Below are positions 9,821-20,897 of a DNA stretch of 64,000 nt, piece by piece. This DNA comes from Minisyncoccota bacterium (GTDB lineage: Bacteria; Patescibacteriota; Minisyncoccia; Phycocordibacterales; JABMNX01). The notes beneath the pieces were generated by a model. It ran no database searches. It was not told where the DNA came from and saw only the letters and a list, made by a program, of their open reading frames with translations. Positions within the stretch are counted from its first letter, which is position 1; each line of letters starts with the position of its first letter. The translations under genes and the position numbers were made by a program. The DNA lies in the NCBI GenBank assembly GCA_965222715.1, contig OZ244961.1, positions 462,277 to 526,276 on the forward strand. The letters are read 5' to 3'.

Positions 9821-11614
9821 ATGTGTGGTATAAACGGCTTTAACTGGGAAGATGCTCGGAAAATAGATAGCATGAATGCTTCGACCAAACACAGAGGTCC
9901 GGATCAAAGCGGTCAGTATGTAGGGGGTCGCGTTAGCCTTGGTCATAATCTCCTCTCTATACGTTCAACATCAGAAAAATCCAAACAACCATATCTTAAA
10001 AACAACTCTCCTTGGGTGCTTGTTTACAATGGGCAACTATATAATACAAAAAAAATGCAAAGGGAGTTAGGGTCAAAATACAAAGATGAAGAATTGGATA
10101 CAGCGCTTTTGTTCGGGATGATAGAAAAACATGGGTGGAATTTTATATCAAAAATACAGGGGATGTTCTCTGTCGCACTCTTTAATACAAGAGAAGAGAA
10201 AATCTGTTTGTATCGGGATCCATCAGGTCAAAAAAATTTATATTATTATTATAAAGATGGAGTTTTTATATTTAGCTCTGAAATTAAAGGTATACTGAAT
10301 TCTCATTCAGTAGATATGTCTATCGATGAAGAAGCTGTTGCTATTGCTACAAGTCTCGGGTACATTCCAGGAAACAAGACACTTTTTAAATATATACATA
10401 AATTAAACCTTTCAGAAATCATAAGCTTTGACATAAGAACAAAAAAAATATCCAACAAAATTTATACTAGTCACACAGAAGATTATTATGTAAATACTAC
10501 TAATGTTTTCACTGATCTTGTTACTGAACATCTTCAAGGAAGAGAAAAGACTTCCTTAAACTTGAGTGGTGGATTAGACTCATCAATACTTCTACACGAA
10601 ATGAGCGGCCTAGAAAACGAAGTTTCTACTTATACAAACTTTTTTGAAAATGCGCCAGATATTTATAATGAGGACGCTTTGCTTGCCAGGAAACTCTCAA
10701 AAAAATATAGCACAAGACATACTGAGATAAATATTACAAAAAAGAAATATTTAGAAAACTTAATTGATGCTTATAGCGCTATAGAAGAGCCGAATTACAA
10801 TATAAGTAACCCATCCTACCTATGTACTGCAAAAATAGAAGGGCTGGGTGGTGACGGCAATAGAGTTATATTATCAGGTGATGGTGGAGATGAGTTGTTT
10901 GGAGGATATGAATATTACTTAAAAAATAGAGAAATGGAATATCAACAGGCCATATTAACATCTTTTATATTTAATATTATTAAAAATAAAAGAAATAAGA
11001 CTTGTCTTAATTTTAATAACAGTGTAGATAGATGGTTTTTTTTCAAAGATTTTTATAAAAAATATTTACTTACGCCGCAACACCTAAACACTTTAGCTTA
11101 TCTACATGAAATAACTAAAGAGCTTTTTGAAGTGTATGGAATAAAAAAAGGTTTTGTATATGAATGCATGCTTATGGATAGGTTTATATGGCTTGGTGGC
11201 GAAAATTTTATTAGGTCAGATAAACTATATATGAGTCAGTCAGTTGAATTACGATCTCCTTTTGCTTTTCCTCCACTCAGAACACATTTTGATAAGAAGC
11301 TTACAGTAAATGAATATATAGATAAGGAAGTAAATAAAAAATATATCCGAAAACTATACGATGGTGTACTACCAGACTTTATCCTTAAAAAAGAAAAGAA
11401 AACTGGATGGAGAAACCCTTTAGAATTTTGGTATGACCCTGAAATAAAAAATAAATTTTTAGAAATAATAAGTGACGTAGAATCAAATAAAGCTATTGTG
11501 GACTGGAAAGAAATTAGAAAAATTATAGAAAGATCAGATAGCTGGCCAGGGAAAAATATACATATCTACCTTTCAATAGCTATTCTTTCAAGAAAATTCC
11601 GTGTCTTAATTTAA
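9821..11614 (+). CDS. asnB: AsnB-family glutamine amidotransferase (glycan amidation likely)
   Basis: MCGING, HRGPD, LSGGLDSS, SGDGGDELFGGY. Confidence 0.92.
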   Translation: MCGINGFNWEDARKIDSMNASTKHRGPDQSGQYVGGRVSLGHNLLSIRSTSEKSKQPYLKNNSPWVLVYNGQLYNTKKMQRELGSKYKDEELDTALLFGMIEKHGWNFISKIQGMFSVALFNTREEKICLYRDPSGQKNLYYYYKDGVFIFSSEIKGILNSHSVDMSIDEEAVAIATSLGYIPGNKTLFKYIHKLNLSEIISFDIRTKKISNKIYTSHTEDYYVNTTNVFTDLVTEHLQGREKTSLNLSGGLDSSILLHEMSGLENEVSTYTNFFENAPDIYNEDALLARKLSKKYSTRHTEINITKKKYLENLIDAYSAIEEPNYNISNPSYLCTAKIEGLGGDGNRVILSGDGGDELFGGYEYYLKNREMEYQQAILTSFIFNIIKNKRNKTCLNFNNSVDRWFFFKDFYKKYLLTPQHLNTLAYLHEITKELFEVYGIKKGFVYECMLMDRFIWLGGENFIRSDKLYMSQSVELRSPFAFPPLRTHFDKKLTVNEYIDKEVNKKYIRKLYDGVLPDFILKKEKKTGWRNPLEFWYDPEIKNKFLEIISDVESNKAIVDWKEIRKIIERSDSWPGKNIHIYLSIAILSRKFRVLI

Positions 11615-12468
11615 TGAAAAAAACCTTTATACAGACAAATAATAAACAGTTGCTCGGTGCAACCCTTGCAAAATATGCGATACAGAAGAATGCGACTCAA
11701 CCAATTGTAGTCGAGATTATTAACGTGGATGAAATTGATACTTTCAAAAAGTTCTCTGGTAAATCTTTTTTGAGAAACGGTAAGGAGCGGGTCTATGACT
11801 CAACTGATTTGCAATCTTTTACTATTTCACGATTTATGCCCCCAGAACTTATGGGGTTTTCTGGTAAGGCGATTGTTATAGACCCTGATATTTTTATATG
11901 TGAAGACATACATCAGTTGTTCAATACAGACATGCAAGGTCACGCTATTATGGCTTGCAAGAAAGGAAACACTTGGGACACTAGTGTTATGATGCTCGAC
12001 TGTAAACAGCTAAGACACTGGCGTGTCGAGGATATTATTTCTCGTCTTTCAAGTAAAGATCTTGATTATGCTGATTTATTTAAACTTAACTATGAGAACT
12101 CTAAGGGTATGATTTTAGAAATGTCTCGCGCATGGAATAGTCTTGATAAGCTTAATGGCGATACAAAAGCACTACATACAACAAATCGACTAACGCAACC
12201 GTGGAAAACTGGTTTACCTATAGATTTTACAAGAAATAAAATGCCAAGGTTTCTTGGAATAATTCCCCGAGAGTTAATACATAAAATCCTTGGTAAGTAC
12301 AATACACACTATCTCCCGCACCCTGACAAAAAAATTATTGAGTTCTTCTTTGCCCTTCTGCGAGAAGCCCTTAAGGAAAAAGTGATCACGGAAGATTTTC
12401 TACATAGAGAGATTAAACTAGGTCACGTACGAAAGGACATGTTTAAAGAACTCAAAAACTTTAAATAA
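11614..12468 (+). CDS. GT-A (GT8-like) glycosyltransferase
   Basis: QSFTISRF, IDPD (DxD), TSVMMLDC, WNSLD, LHTT..TQPW. Confidence 0.65.
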   Translation: MKKTFIQTNNKQLLGATLAKYAIQKNATQPIVVEIINVDEIDTFKKFSGKSFLRNGKERVYDSTDLQSFTISRFMPPELMGFSGKAIVIDPDIFICEDIHQLFNTDMQGHAIMACKKGNTWDTSVMMLDCKQLRHWRVEDIISRLSSKDLDYADLFKLNYENSKGMILEMSRAWNSLDKLNGDTKALHTTNRLTQPWKTGLPIDFTRNKMPRFLGIIPRELIHKILGKYNTHYLPHPDKKIIEFFFALLREALKEKVITEDFLHREIKLGHVRKDMFKELKNFK

Positions 12469-12472
12469 AATA

Positions 12473-13375
12473 TTATTTCTCAACAACAATCCAAATATAA
12501 TCCTCTCTTCCAAGCAGGTGAATGATCTTTCTCAACAGAGATCGTAAAACATTTTTCAAAAATCTTTTTATACCATTTTCTTTCACTGGCTCAATATTAT
12601 TGTTTTCTTGAGACATGCTATGGTTTACTTGATTAAACTTACTCTCATCATCACCCATCCCAATTTTAAATAATAATTCACGAATACTTTGCGTGTATGA
12701 TACAAAATCTCTTTTCCCCGAAGCAACGCTTGTAAAACCAACCTCTTCAAGTAATTTTTGTAAACTTACTGGAGTAAAGTAAAAAAGGTGTTCAGTATAA
12801 ATAAGGTCATGCTTGTAGTTAAGTCTTTCGAGTATATACGAATCAATATTTGGAGTTTCAATGAGTAACCTATCCCCCTGTTTCATAACATCAAATATTT
12901 TCTTTATAGAATCAATAGGGTTATCAAGATGCTCAATTACATGAAAGAGAGTGAAAGTGTGTACTGTATCTTCAGTAAGTATTTCTCTTAAATTGTTTAG
13001 TGTTCCATACCTAACATCTAAACTATTTTCCTTTGCAAACCCTGATGCCTGATTACTTGGCTCAATACCTATTCCGTCTTTATACCCCTTTTCTTTTAAA
13101 GCCTTAAGGAATATTCCTTCTCCTGAACCAATATCACATACAGAATTAAAATCTACATACTTCCTCATCCTCTTTATACGATCAAAAGAATTGAACATCC
13201 TGTCACGTATTTTTATTTCATCAAGCCTTACTAGTTTTTGAGTATAGTGCGATTCAGGTATATCAAAAGATTGTCTCCACACAAGACCACACCTACCACA
13301 CCTGAACATAGGGAGGTCGTTCATGGTTGTAGAAGAGACTGATGAAGTCTCACATATTGGGCATTTATTACTCAT
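12473..13375 (-). CDS. SAM-dependent methyltransferase with N-terminal Zn ribbon
   Basis: CPIC..CGRC, DIGSGEG, HVIEHL, ETPN. Confidence 0.88.
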   Translation of the reverse strand: MSNKCPICETSSVSSTTMNDLPMFRCGRCGLVWRQSFDIPESHYTQKLVRLDEIKIRDRMFNSFDRIKRMRKYVDFNSVCDIGSGEGIFLKALKEKGYKDGIGIEPSNQASGFAKENSLDVRYGTLNNLREILTEDTVHTFTLFHVIEHLDNPIDSIKKIFDVMKQGDRLLIETPNIDSYILERLNYKHDLIYTEHLFYFTPVSLQKLLEEVGFTSVASGKRDFVSYTQSIRELLFKIGMGDDESKFNQVNHSMSQENNNIEPVKENGIKRFLKNVLRSLLRKIIHLLGREDYIWIVVEK

Positions 13376-14507
13376 GCTTCTTTATAAAATGAATTAAATC
13401 ATCAACTTCCTTGGTTACCATTTCAACTGTAATGGATTCCGTTTGCCTTAGAGCTTCGTCTTTATTATACCCTCGTGCATTCAGAATATGTAATTCAGGC
13501 TTTTCTCGATCTGTTGGTATTACAACTCGATGTATATCGCTTATTGGCGGCTGCTCTTTTTCATCCATAGGACCAACAATATCAATAGTTGGCACGCCAA
13601 ATGCTTCCGCAATGTATATTGGGCCAGTATCAACGCTAATAAATAGACTTAGTTTGCTTATCAGTGCTTTTGTTTCATCAATTGACGAACCGGTTGTATC
13701 TATATATTCAACATCTTCAGTAAGTTTATTCTTCATACCTTCTGAGTACACCCCATCATTTGGTCCACCAATAATTAAAATGAGTGCGTTATAGTTTTTA
13801 GCAATATAATTTCCCACTTGTGCAAAACGTTCAATTGGCCATTCTTTAATTTTATTACCAACTGAAGGAGATATACCTACTAACAACTTTCCTCTATGTT
13901 GGACGAGTAATTGTTCAATTTTTTTATCAGCCTCAGAGGAGAAAGATAGGTATTTTTTTGTGTTCTTTGAAAGGATATCAAGTGGCTCAAGAAGTCGTAG
14001 TCGCTCTTGTGGAGCATACGCACCAAACCTAAAATCTTTGGTTACAACAAAATGAGAGAGAAGGGTATATGTGCGAGTAATTATTCCCCTACCCCCAACA
14101 GCAGTTGGGGTAATAATAAAGGGGGTGTCGGACAATATTGCTATCACCAAAGAAATGAAGTCAGGACCTACAACGACGCATACATCAAATTTCTCTTTTT
14201 TAACTTTTTTACTGAAACGTAATATTCCCTCCTTTTCATTGAATACAAAATAGGTGTCAACATCTGTATTCCCATCAAGAAGACTTTTATTAACACCATC
14301 ACCAATAACTCCTATTTCAGAAGATGGGTATTTTTCTTTTATAGCTCGAAATACTGGCGTGGTGCACACCATATCTCCAAGCTTCGCTGTCTGTATAACA
14401 AGTATTTTTTGTGGACTAAGAGACTTTTTATTTCTATGGTTAAAAAACACATGTACTAGTGCAAGAGTGAATAGGAATATATTTCTTAATTGAGCCCATA
14501 TTTTCAT
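13368..14507 (-). CDS. Glycosyltransferase family 9 (heptosyltransferase-like)
   Basis: AKLGDMVCTTP, KEWPIERF, ISVDTGPIYIAEA. Confidence 0.9.
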   Translation of the reverse strand: MKIWAQLRNIFLFTLALVHVFFNHRNKKSLSPQKILVIQTAKLGDMVCTTPVFRAIKEKYPSSEIGVIGDGVNKSLLDGNTDVDTYFVFNEKEGILRFSKKVKKEKFDVCVVVGPDFISLVIAILSDTPFIITPTAVGGRGIITRTYTLLSHFVVTKDFRFGAYAPQERLRLLEPLDILSKNTKKYLSFSSEADKKIEQLLVQHRGKLLVGISPSVGNKIKEWPIERFAQVGNYIAKNYNALILIIGGPNDGVYSEGMKNKLTEDVEYIDTTGSSIDETKALISKLSLFISVDTGPIYIAEAFGVPTIDIVGPMDEKEQPPISDIHRVVIPTDREKPELHILNARGYNKDEALRQTESITVEMVTKEVDDLIHFIKKHE

Positions 14508-14528
14508 ATCCTGATAATAATATAATTT

Positions 14529-15209
14529 TTACTTTTTCAATATAAAATGAAACGTATCGAAGTAAAAAAAACGTGCAAATATATATACTGGTATCGCTAT
14601 ATATCGAAATACACCTAAAGACTTTTGTATTTTTAACAACCGTATATCTAAAACCAAGAAGCCAACATCGTGCATTTTTTGCTTGGCGCGAGTAAATGTG
14701 TCGTAGTACATCTCATCTAAACGTTGTCTACCTGATCTATCTGAATAGTATTTATGTTTTCCAAAAAGTGATATGAATGAGCTCGACATAAAACGTGGAA
14801 TCCAATTTACAAAATATAAATCAAAATGTGGATCTTTGAAACAAAATCGATTTGGCACACTTATATATGCACACCCATTGCTATCAAGCACTCGATAAGT
14901 TTCTTTTAGTAACAACTCTGGATCAGAAACATGTTCAATAACCTCAGCAATATTTATAAAACCAAATTTTTTATCAGAAAAAGGGAGGTTTTCTGCTTTT
15001 CCTTCAATTAAAGTAATTTTTAGACCTTCTCTAGCAGCAACCTCTTTTGTTTTTTTAATATTTTCTGGGTTTATCTCTAATTCAACAACATTACCCCCTT
15101 TTTTACTAATATTTAATACGAAATCGCCTTTACCAGAACCAATATCAAGTATTTTTCTATCCAAGAGATCTGGTATATGTTCTGTGAGGTTTTCTATATG
15201 TGTTTTCAT
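14529..15209 (-). CDS. Class I SAM-dependent methyltransferase
   Basis: ILDIGSGKG, AENLPF, EVIEHV. Confidence 0.88.
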   Translation of the reverse strand: MKTHIENLTEHIPDLLDRKILDIGSGKGDFVLNISKKGGNVVELEINPENIKKTKEVAAREGLKITLIEGKAENLPFSDKKFGFINIAEVIEHVSDPELLLKETYRVLDSNGCAYISVPNRFCFKDPHFDLYFVNWIPRFMSSSFISLFGKHKYYSDRSGRQRLDEMYYDTFTRAKQKMHDVGFLVLDIRLLKIQKSLGVFRYIAIPVYIFARFFYFDTFHFILKK

Positions 15210-15212
15210 AAT

Positions 15213-16310
15213 TTATTTCAAAAAAGAAGTGACATGTTTTACCCTTTCGTTCCAAGTAAATGACTGCACTGCTTTATATGCGGCTGCAGTCTTATCTTTT
15301 GATTCTTTTTCATGTCCTAAAACCCATCGTACTGAATTTGCAAAAGACGTGTAGTCATCTGCTACCGCAAAGTAGACTGTTTCTTCAGAGAGAACCTCAC
15401 GCATACTCGGTAAATCTGAGACGACTATTGGCACTCTTGATGCCATGTGAGCAAATACTTTCAGTGGCGAAGTGTAGAGGCGTGATATTTCACTTTTACC
15501 TGAATTTGGAATAACCAACACGTCTGCTGTTTTTTGATTATACGGCAAATCACGATATGGGAGTGAGCCAAGAAATAGTACGTCTTTATATTTTTTCTTG
15601 AAGTAGTCTAACTGACTTCCCTCGCCAATAACAGCAGTTTGTGTATTTTCAGGGAATTCTTTTGACGCCTTTAGTAGTGTCTCAACACCTTTCCAGGGAT
15701 CAAGTCGTCCAATATACATCACTATTTTTTTATCTTGTGGTAAACCAAGCTTTTTTTGTATTTCTTTTTTATCAACCTCTACATCAAACTCCTCTACATC
15801 AACTCCATCATGTGCTACTAAGATATTTTCTTCAGGTACTTCTTTTTTAATATAGAAATCTTTAAGTCCTTGAGAAATAGTAATTATTTTCTGTAAGCGT
15901 TTTAAGAGTAGCTGAGAGAAGAAATTATTTCGAGGCATGTGTATTTCCCACACTAAATTTCTTCTAATAAAACTAAGTGGCCATAACACAACGTCTTCCC
16001 GTGAATAAATAATGTCTACTTTTTTAAAAAGAACGTATAAGCTAGCAAAAAAAGAAAAACTTATGATTTGGACTAAAAAACCGAATTTACCCAACCAAAC
16101 AAAATCAAGAGATGGGAGTTTTGTGATTTTAAAATTTTTTTTGATATTAAAGTAAGAAAAAGGATTTTCTTTTATGTGATTAAAACGCCACGGAGCAACT
16201 AACGTTACTGTATGTCCTTCTTCCACAAATGCTTCGCACATTTTCATAATTTGAATACCGTGAGCCTTCTCTGTTGGAATACGTGCGTTTGTTAGATAGA
16301 TAATTTTCAT
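15213..16310 (-). CDS. Glycosyltransferase family 4
   Basis: YIGRLDPWKG, YTSPLKVF..MAS.VPIVVSDL. Confidence 0.9.
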   Translation of the reverse strand: MKIIYLTNARIPTEKAHGIQIMKMCEAFVEEGHTVTLVAPWRFNHIKENPFSYFNIKKNFKITKLPSLDFVWLGKFGFLVQIISFSFFASLYVLFKKVDIIYSREDVVLWPLSFIRRNLVWEIHMPRNNFFSQLLLKRLQKIITISQGLKDFYIKKEVPEENILVAHDGVDVEEFDVEVDKKEIQKKLGLPQDKKIVMYIGRLDPWKGVETLLKASKEFPENTQTAVIGEGSQLDYFKKKYKDVLFLGSLPYRDLPYNQKTADVLVIPNSGKSEISRLYTSPLKVFAHMASRVPIVVSDLPSMREVLSEETVYFAVADDYTSFANSVRWVLGHEKESKDKTAAAYKAVQSFTWNERVKHVTSFLK

Positions 16311-18133
16311 ACTATAACGTTATATTTTTTTACCCAAACTTGAAAAGAGATGAGTGCCCAAAGAATAGTTAGGTTATATTCTCTTTTATCGTAATGTGCG
16401 TCAAGCATATTCTGGATTTCAGACCAATTAAATAAATTCTGTGTTGATGTATGATAAGTAGGTGAAAGCACTTCTTTTGCAAGATTATATACCTCTTCGT
16501 ACCGAAGCCATTTGGCACCAGGAGAAAACCATCCACGCTTTGGTTGTGTAAATAAGTATTCCGGCAAACGACCTTTGAACGCTTCTTTCAAGATAACTTT
16601 TGTATCCCTAAGAGTAATTTTTTGGCGAACTGGAATAATGTGAGCAAAAGACACTGTGTTTGTATCAAGAAGTGGAACACGAGCTTCCAGCCCAAACGCC
16701 ATAGACATTTTATCTGTACGAAGTAACGACTCGTCAACCAGCCAACTTCGTATATCGATATCCATTAGTAACGCCTCAGGTGATACCCCTTTTTCTTTTT
16801 TAAAGTACTTATTAGAAAAAAATTCTTTTGTACGACTATTTACGTATTTATGAGCAATAACTCTTTTTAAAACCGAGTCTTTTTGAAACATAAAAAGTTC
16901 AAATTGATCAATCCCCTCCTCAGTGTTTAATTTTCTAGCTATAGAAAAATAAGAAAGCATTTTCCGCAGGGAACTGGGTATACACTTTTGATACAGTGAC
17001 ATAAAATATGCAATCCGATACCGTTCATACCCACCAAAAAGCTCATCCCCGCCATCGCCCCCAAGTACAACATCGACCCCTTCATTTTTTACAAACTCGG
17101 CAAGCTTATACTGAGCAATAAGTGTTGGATTTGCTATTGGCTCATCAAGTTGATAAATAGCTTCTTTGAGCGCATCTACCACATCAGTGTGAGAAAGTAA
17201 CACTTCATGATGTTGTGTATGATATTTTTCAGCGGTTTTGCGGGCGAGGTAAAAATCTTTATTAAATTTCTCTGATTCTTCATCTTCTTTTAAACTAAAA
17301 CCAATTGAAAACGTTTGTATATCTTTACGTAGTAATGACATAACATCAAGAACGATACTGGAGTCAATCCCACCAGAGAGATATATACCGACCGGTCTAT
17401 CAGACACAAGTTGTCTTTTAACGCTTGATGAGATATTTTGTCGCACCTCCTCTTTTGTTACTTTTTTTACCACTTTACTCCCATCTAAAGAGTAGTATCT
17501 TTCAATCCTTAATTCATTATTTGAGAGGGTTCCTTTGTGTCCAGGTGGTACTTTAAAAACATCTCTAAATAATGTTAACGGCTCGGGAACATAGAGTACC
17601 CGAAAATAATGCTCAAACGCTTCTGTATTTAATATCCGGGGTATATTGTGTTCTAAAACACCTTTTATTTCAGAAGAAAATATAAACACTCCCTCCTTAA
17701 AATAGTAATACAGAGGTTTCACCCCAACCTGATCACGTGCAAAAAACAACTCTTTTTTCTTTACGTCCCAAATTGCGAATGCAAATATCCCGTTAAATCT
17801 ATCAACACACTTACTTCCCCACCTCTTATACGCAGCGAGTACAACCTCAGAATCACTCTCCGTCCGAAATACATAAAAATTTTCCAACTCACTTCTTAGC
17901 TCTTTAAAATTATAAAGTTCTCCGTTGTACGTAAGTATAATCTCTTTATCTTCACTATACATAGGTTGGTTCGCCTCTTCAGAAAGATCAATAATGCTCA
18001 AGCGATTGTGTCCAAGAGAGATTTTTTCATCAGTAAAAATTCCTGTACCATCAGGACCTCGATGTTTTGTAACGCTATTCATTGCTGTAATAAGCTCTGC
18101 GTCCTTAAAATTAAATCCGTTTATTGCGCACAT
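16307..18133 (-). CDS. asnB: Second AsnB-family glutamine amidotransferase
   Basis: MCAING, HRGPD, GHNRLSIID, LSGGIDSS, GDGGDELFGGY, EARVPLLD. Confidence 0.93.
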   Translation of the reverse strand: MCAINGFNFKDAELITAMNSVTKHRGPDGTGIFTDEKISLGHNRLSIIDLSEEANQPMYSEDKEIILTYNGELYNFKELRSELENFYVFRTESDSEVVLAAYKRWGSKCVDRFNGIFAFAIWDVKKKELFFARDQVGVKPLYYYFKEGVFIFSSEIKGVLEHNIPRILNTEAFEHYFRVLYVPEPLTLFRDVFKVPPGHKGTLSNNELRIERYYSLDGSKVVKKVTKEEVRQNISSSVKRQLVSDRPVGIYLSGGIDSSIVLDVMSLLRKDIQTFSIGFSLKEDEESEKFNKDFYLARKTAEKYHTQHHEVLLSHTDVVDALKEAIYQLDEPIANPTLIAQYKLAEFVKNEGVDVVLGGDGGDELFGGYERYRIAYFMSLYQKCIPSSLRKMLSYFSIARKLNTEEGIDQFELFMFQKDSVLKRVIAHKYVNSRTKEFFSNKYFKKEKGVSPEALLMDIDIRSWLVDESLLRTDKMSMAFGLEARVPLLDTNTVSFAHIIPVRQKITLRDTKVILKEAFKGRLPEYLFTQPKRGWFSPGAKWLRYEEVYNLAKEVLSPTYHTSTQNLFNWSEIQNMLDAHYDKREYNLTILWALISFQVWVKKYNVIV

Positions 18134-18137
18134 GTTT

Positions 18138-19030
18138 TTAGAATTTGTTGAGTAAATTAATTCCGTAAATAAAGAATTTTGCTCTACTTGGGCTTGTGTA
18201 GTGTCGTATCACAACTTCATTAGTCACTGGTCCCTTAATTAAGTAATGTTTTGTGGGAAGTATTTTTAAATTCTTAAGTATTGTGGCATAGCATGCTTGA
18301 TCAGTAAATTTTTTATGCATGTAATCTGTTTTTGCCAAGTAAGAAACGAAAGTATCAAAATCAAAGTTCTCGCGATTGTATAGCACAATACCTGAGTTAG
18401 CATTTGCTACCCTCTCGGATGTTTTGGTTCCATCCTTAAACTCAACATGTATGTATACATCTTCACCATTAGACATCATGAGAGACCTTTCAGCACCACG
18501 TTCAACCTCTTTATCAATTTCTATTGGTTGATGAAACCAAAGAATATCTGAATCTAGGATAAGTAACATTTTTTTGTCAGAAACAAAATACGGATCAATG
18601 AGTTTCTTTGATTGAAATTTTGTATATGTTTCTCGAAATTTTTTTAAAGTTGGATACGCGTTAAGTTTCTCTCCGTGTATTTCTAAAAAAGTATTGTTAT
18701 CAACAATAGTAGAAGACGGGAAGAGTCTTTTAAATATCTTCTTATCTTCCCTACTTAAAGTTCCATCATTATGTAAAAAAGCTTTCCGATTGACTGGGCA
18801 ACACTATAATAGGAGGCAAGAGACCAAAGAGCAATTAAAAAATCTTGATGGCCAGTGAGCATATGTATTGATAGATCACCATTCGTAATAGGTTTTTCAA
18901 AAGATTTTTTTGATTTCAGAATTCTTGGTGCAACAATATATCTCTGCCAAAGGAAAAAGAAACCTCGTCGTATACCATACAGAGAGAATGCCAGTTTTAT
19001 ATAAAAAATTTCACGCTTAATTTTTTTCAT
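18138..19030 (-). pseudogene. GT-A glycosyltransferase split by a 1-nt frameshift
   Basis: One extra T in the T6 run (A6 at 18775-18780) joins 18755..19030 and 18138..18569 into a 297-aa ORF: ..GKLFLHNDGTL..KKLIDP..LDSDILWF..NSG..DQ. Confidence 0.8.
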
Positions 19031-19032
19031 AG

Positions 19033-20001
19033 CTATACTATATGTTTGGAAAGAAGTTGTATAAGTTTTTGTAAAGAATGTAGCTCAACAATGTAGCTTC
19101 TTGTCTCCTTTTTGCTATTTAGCGCTTCGGTAAAGCTGTGGTTTACAGGATATTCGGTATCGTTAAAAGCCTCATTGGTGGTATAGACCGGTACATTCAT
19201 TGAAAGTGCTTCAAGAACAGCCTTATCAAGGCTCCCAGTAACGCTAAGATTAATGAATACTTTCGCCTTCGCATAAAATGGTGGTAATTCACCTTGTGGC
19301 ACATCACCAACTATTTCAACTTGATTATTCAATTCTCTCTGTTCTACCTCATTCAGAAACCTATCTCTATATATAAAATCTTCTTTAGTAACAGGTGAGC
19401 CAACAATGACTAGCTTAAAAGAAGGATAGTCCTTAAGTATATCAAGCATCTTAATAATTTGTTTTGACTCTGAAATTCGACCAACTGTCAAAATAGTGTC
19501 GTCTTTTCTGTTAGAATACTTCTCTGGAGAAAATAGTGAAGTGTCAATACCATGCCCAACAACCATAACTTTCTTACTCTTCAGACGAAAACTTTTTTTA
19601 GATGCTGTGAATATAGTATCCACAAACCCCTCTGCAACACGAAGTGAGAATGTTACTGACTTATGCGTATACCAGATGGAAATTTTTTTACCCAAAATTC
19701 TCCACAACAAACCACCGAGAATAACGTACACTTGATTCATATGCACAAAAATTGAATCGTATTTTTTACGTTCTTTCCATATATAACGATAAAAATTATA
19801 TATGTATTTTAATCGTGAAACTCCACCCTCTTTACCCAAAGAAAGTACCTGAACGTTTTCAGGAAGTGTGTACTCACCCTTCTCTAAGCAGATCACAATA
19901 ATGGATTCACACTGTGTTGCAAACTCTTCAATCCATCGGTGGAAAAAGCCGAGAATTGGATCGTTCTTGTCTACTTTCTGTGTACAAATTAAAAGCTTCA
20001 T
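19033..20001 (-). CDS. Glycosyltransferase family 4
   Basis: VGRISESK, GSLDKAVLEALS; ATG overlaps upstream TGA. Confidence 0.88.
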   Translation of the reverse strand: MKLLICTQKVDKNDPILGFFHRWIEEFATQCESIIVICLEKGEYTLPENVQVLSLGKEGGVSRLKYIYNFYRYIWKERKKYDSIFVHMNQVYVILGGLLWRILGKKISIWYTHKSVTFSLRVAEGFVDTIFTASKKSFRLKSKKVMVVGHGIDTSLFSPEKYSNRKDDTILTVGRISESKQIIKMLDILKDYPSFKLVIVGSPVTKEDFIYRDRFLNEVEQRELNNQVEIVGDVPQGELPPFYAKAKVFINLSVTGSLDKAVLEALSMNVPVYTTNEAFNDTEYPVNHSFTEALNSKKETRSYIVELHSLQKLIQLLSKHIV

Positions 20002-20897
20002 AGTGATTCCTGCCAACGCTTAGCCCACTCTTCTTTTGATAAAAGTTTTATACGAAGAGTAGCAGTTGGTTTTTCTGTAAGCACACGAACTACATCCGCT
20101 ACTATTTTTTCTGGTGAAGTAATATGAGCGCCCGCCTCTTTTGCGACACCAACGTCATATGAGACAACCGGCACACCTGACGCAAGTGCCTCAATGATAC
20201 TGACACCAAAACTTTCGTATGGAGAAGTACTTAATACCACATTAGTCATTGATAAATGTGGGAGTGGGTCATCCCACCCGTGAAATGTGACCGGTAGATT
20301 TTTTGCCGCTTTCTTGAGGTCTTCCCTCATACTTCCATCACCAAGCATAGTGAGTTCTGCATTAATACCAGCATCTCTAACCTTCTTAAGTACTGAGAGT
20401 GCTTCAAGAGGGTTCTTCTCTTTTTCAAATCGACCGATCCAAAGTATGCGAGCGTCAGTATGCGCTTTTCGTTTAATATTTCTAAAGCGATCAAGATTAA
20501 CAAATACTGGGAGTATTGAGATTTTTGAATTACTATACTTTATTACCTCTTTCTGTATACGCTCTGATACAACTCGTATACTATGAGCTCTTTTGAGTAC
20601 AAAGTGGGCGCAGGTTCGGCGCAGTACCTTTTGTGTGTGCAAAAGAGTGTGCACCTGCACATTAAGCTTACTGCCCTTTCTCCAAGCAATATAAAGAGCA
20701 AAGAGACCTCGCCAAAATGGATCTTGCACTGTCACTACATCAAAATCTCCTCCTGGTATTTCTGGAAATACACTTCCTTTTCCCCAAAAGACTACCTCAA
20801 GTCTATCTACTGCATTTTTTTGTAAGATAAAACGCTGATAGGCTTCTGTGCCTTCAGAAAAGATATTTGTATCACCAGTAATCATTAAAACATTCAT
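19998..20897 (-). CDS. Glycosyltransferase family 4
   Basis: GRFEKEK, YESFGVSIIEALASGVPVV. Confidence 0.9.
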   Translation of the reverse strand: MNVLMITGDTNIFSEGTEAYQRFILQKNAVDRLEVVFWGKGSVFPEIPGGDFDVVTVQDPFWRGLFALYIAWRKGSKLNVQVHTLLHTQKVLRRTCAHFVLKRAHSIRVVSERIQKEVIKYSNSKISILPVFVNLDRFRNIKRKAHTDARILWIGRFEKEKNPLEALSVLKKVRDAGINAELTMLGDGSMREDLKKAAKNLPVTFHGWDDPLPHLSMTNVVLSTSPYESFGVSIIEALASGVPVVSYDVGVAKEAGAHITSPEKIVADVVRVLTEKPTATLRIKLLSKEEWAKRWQESL

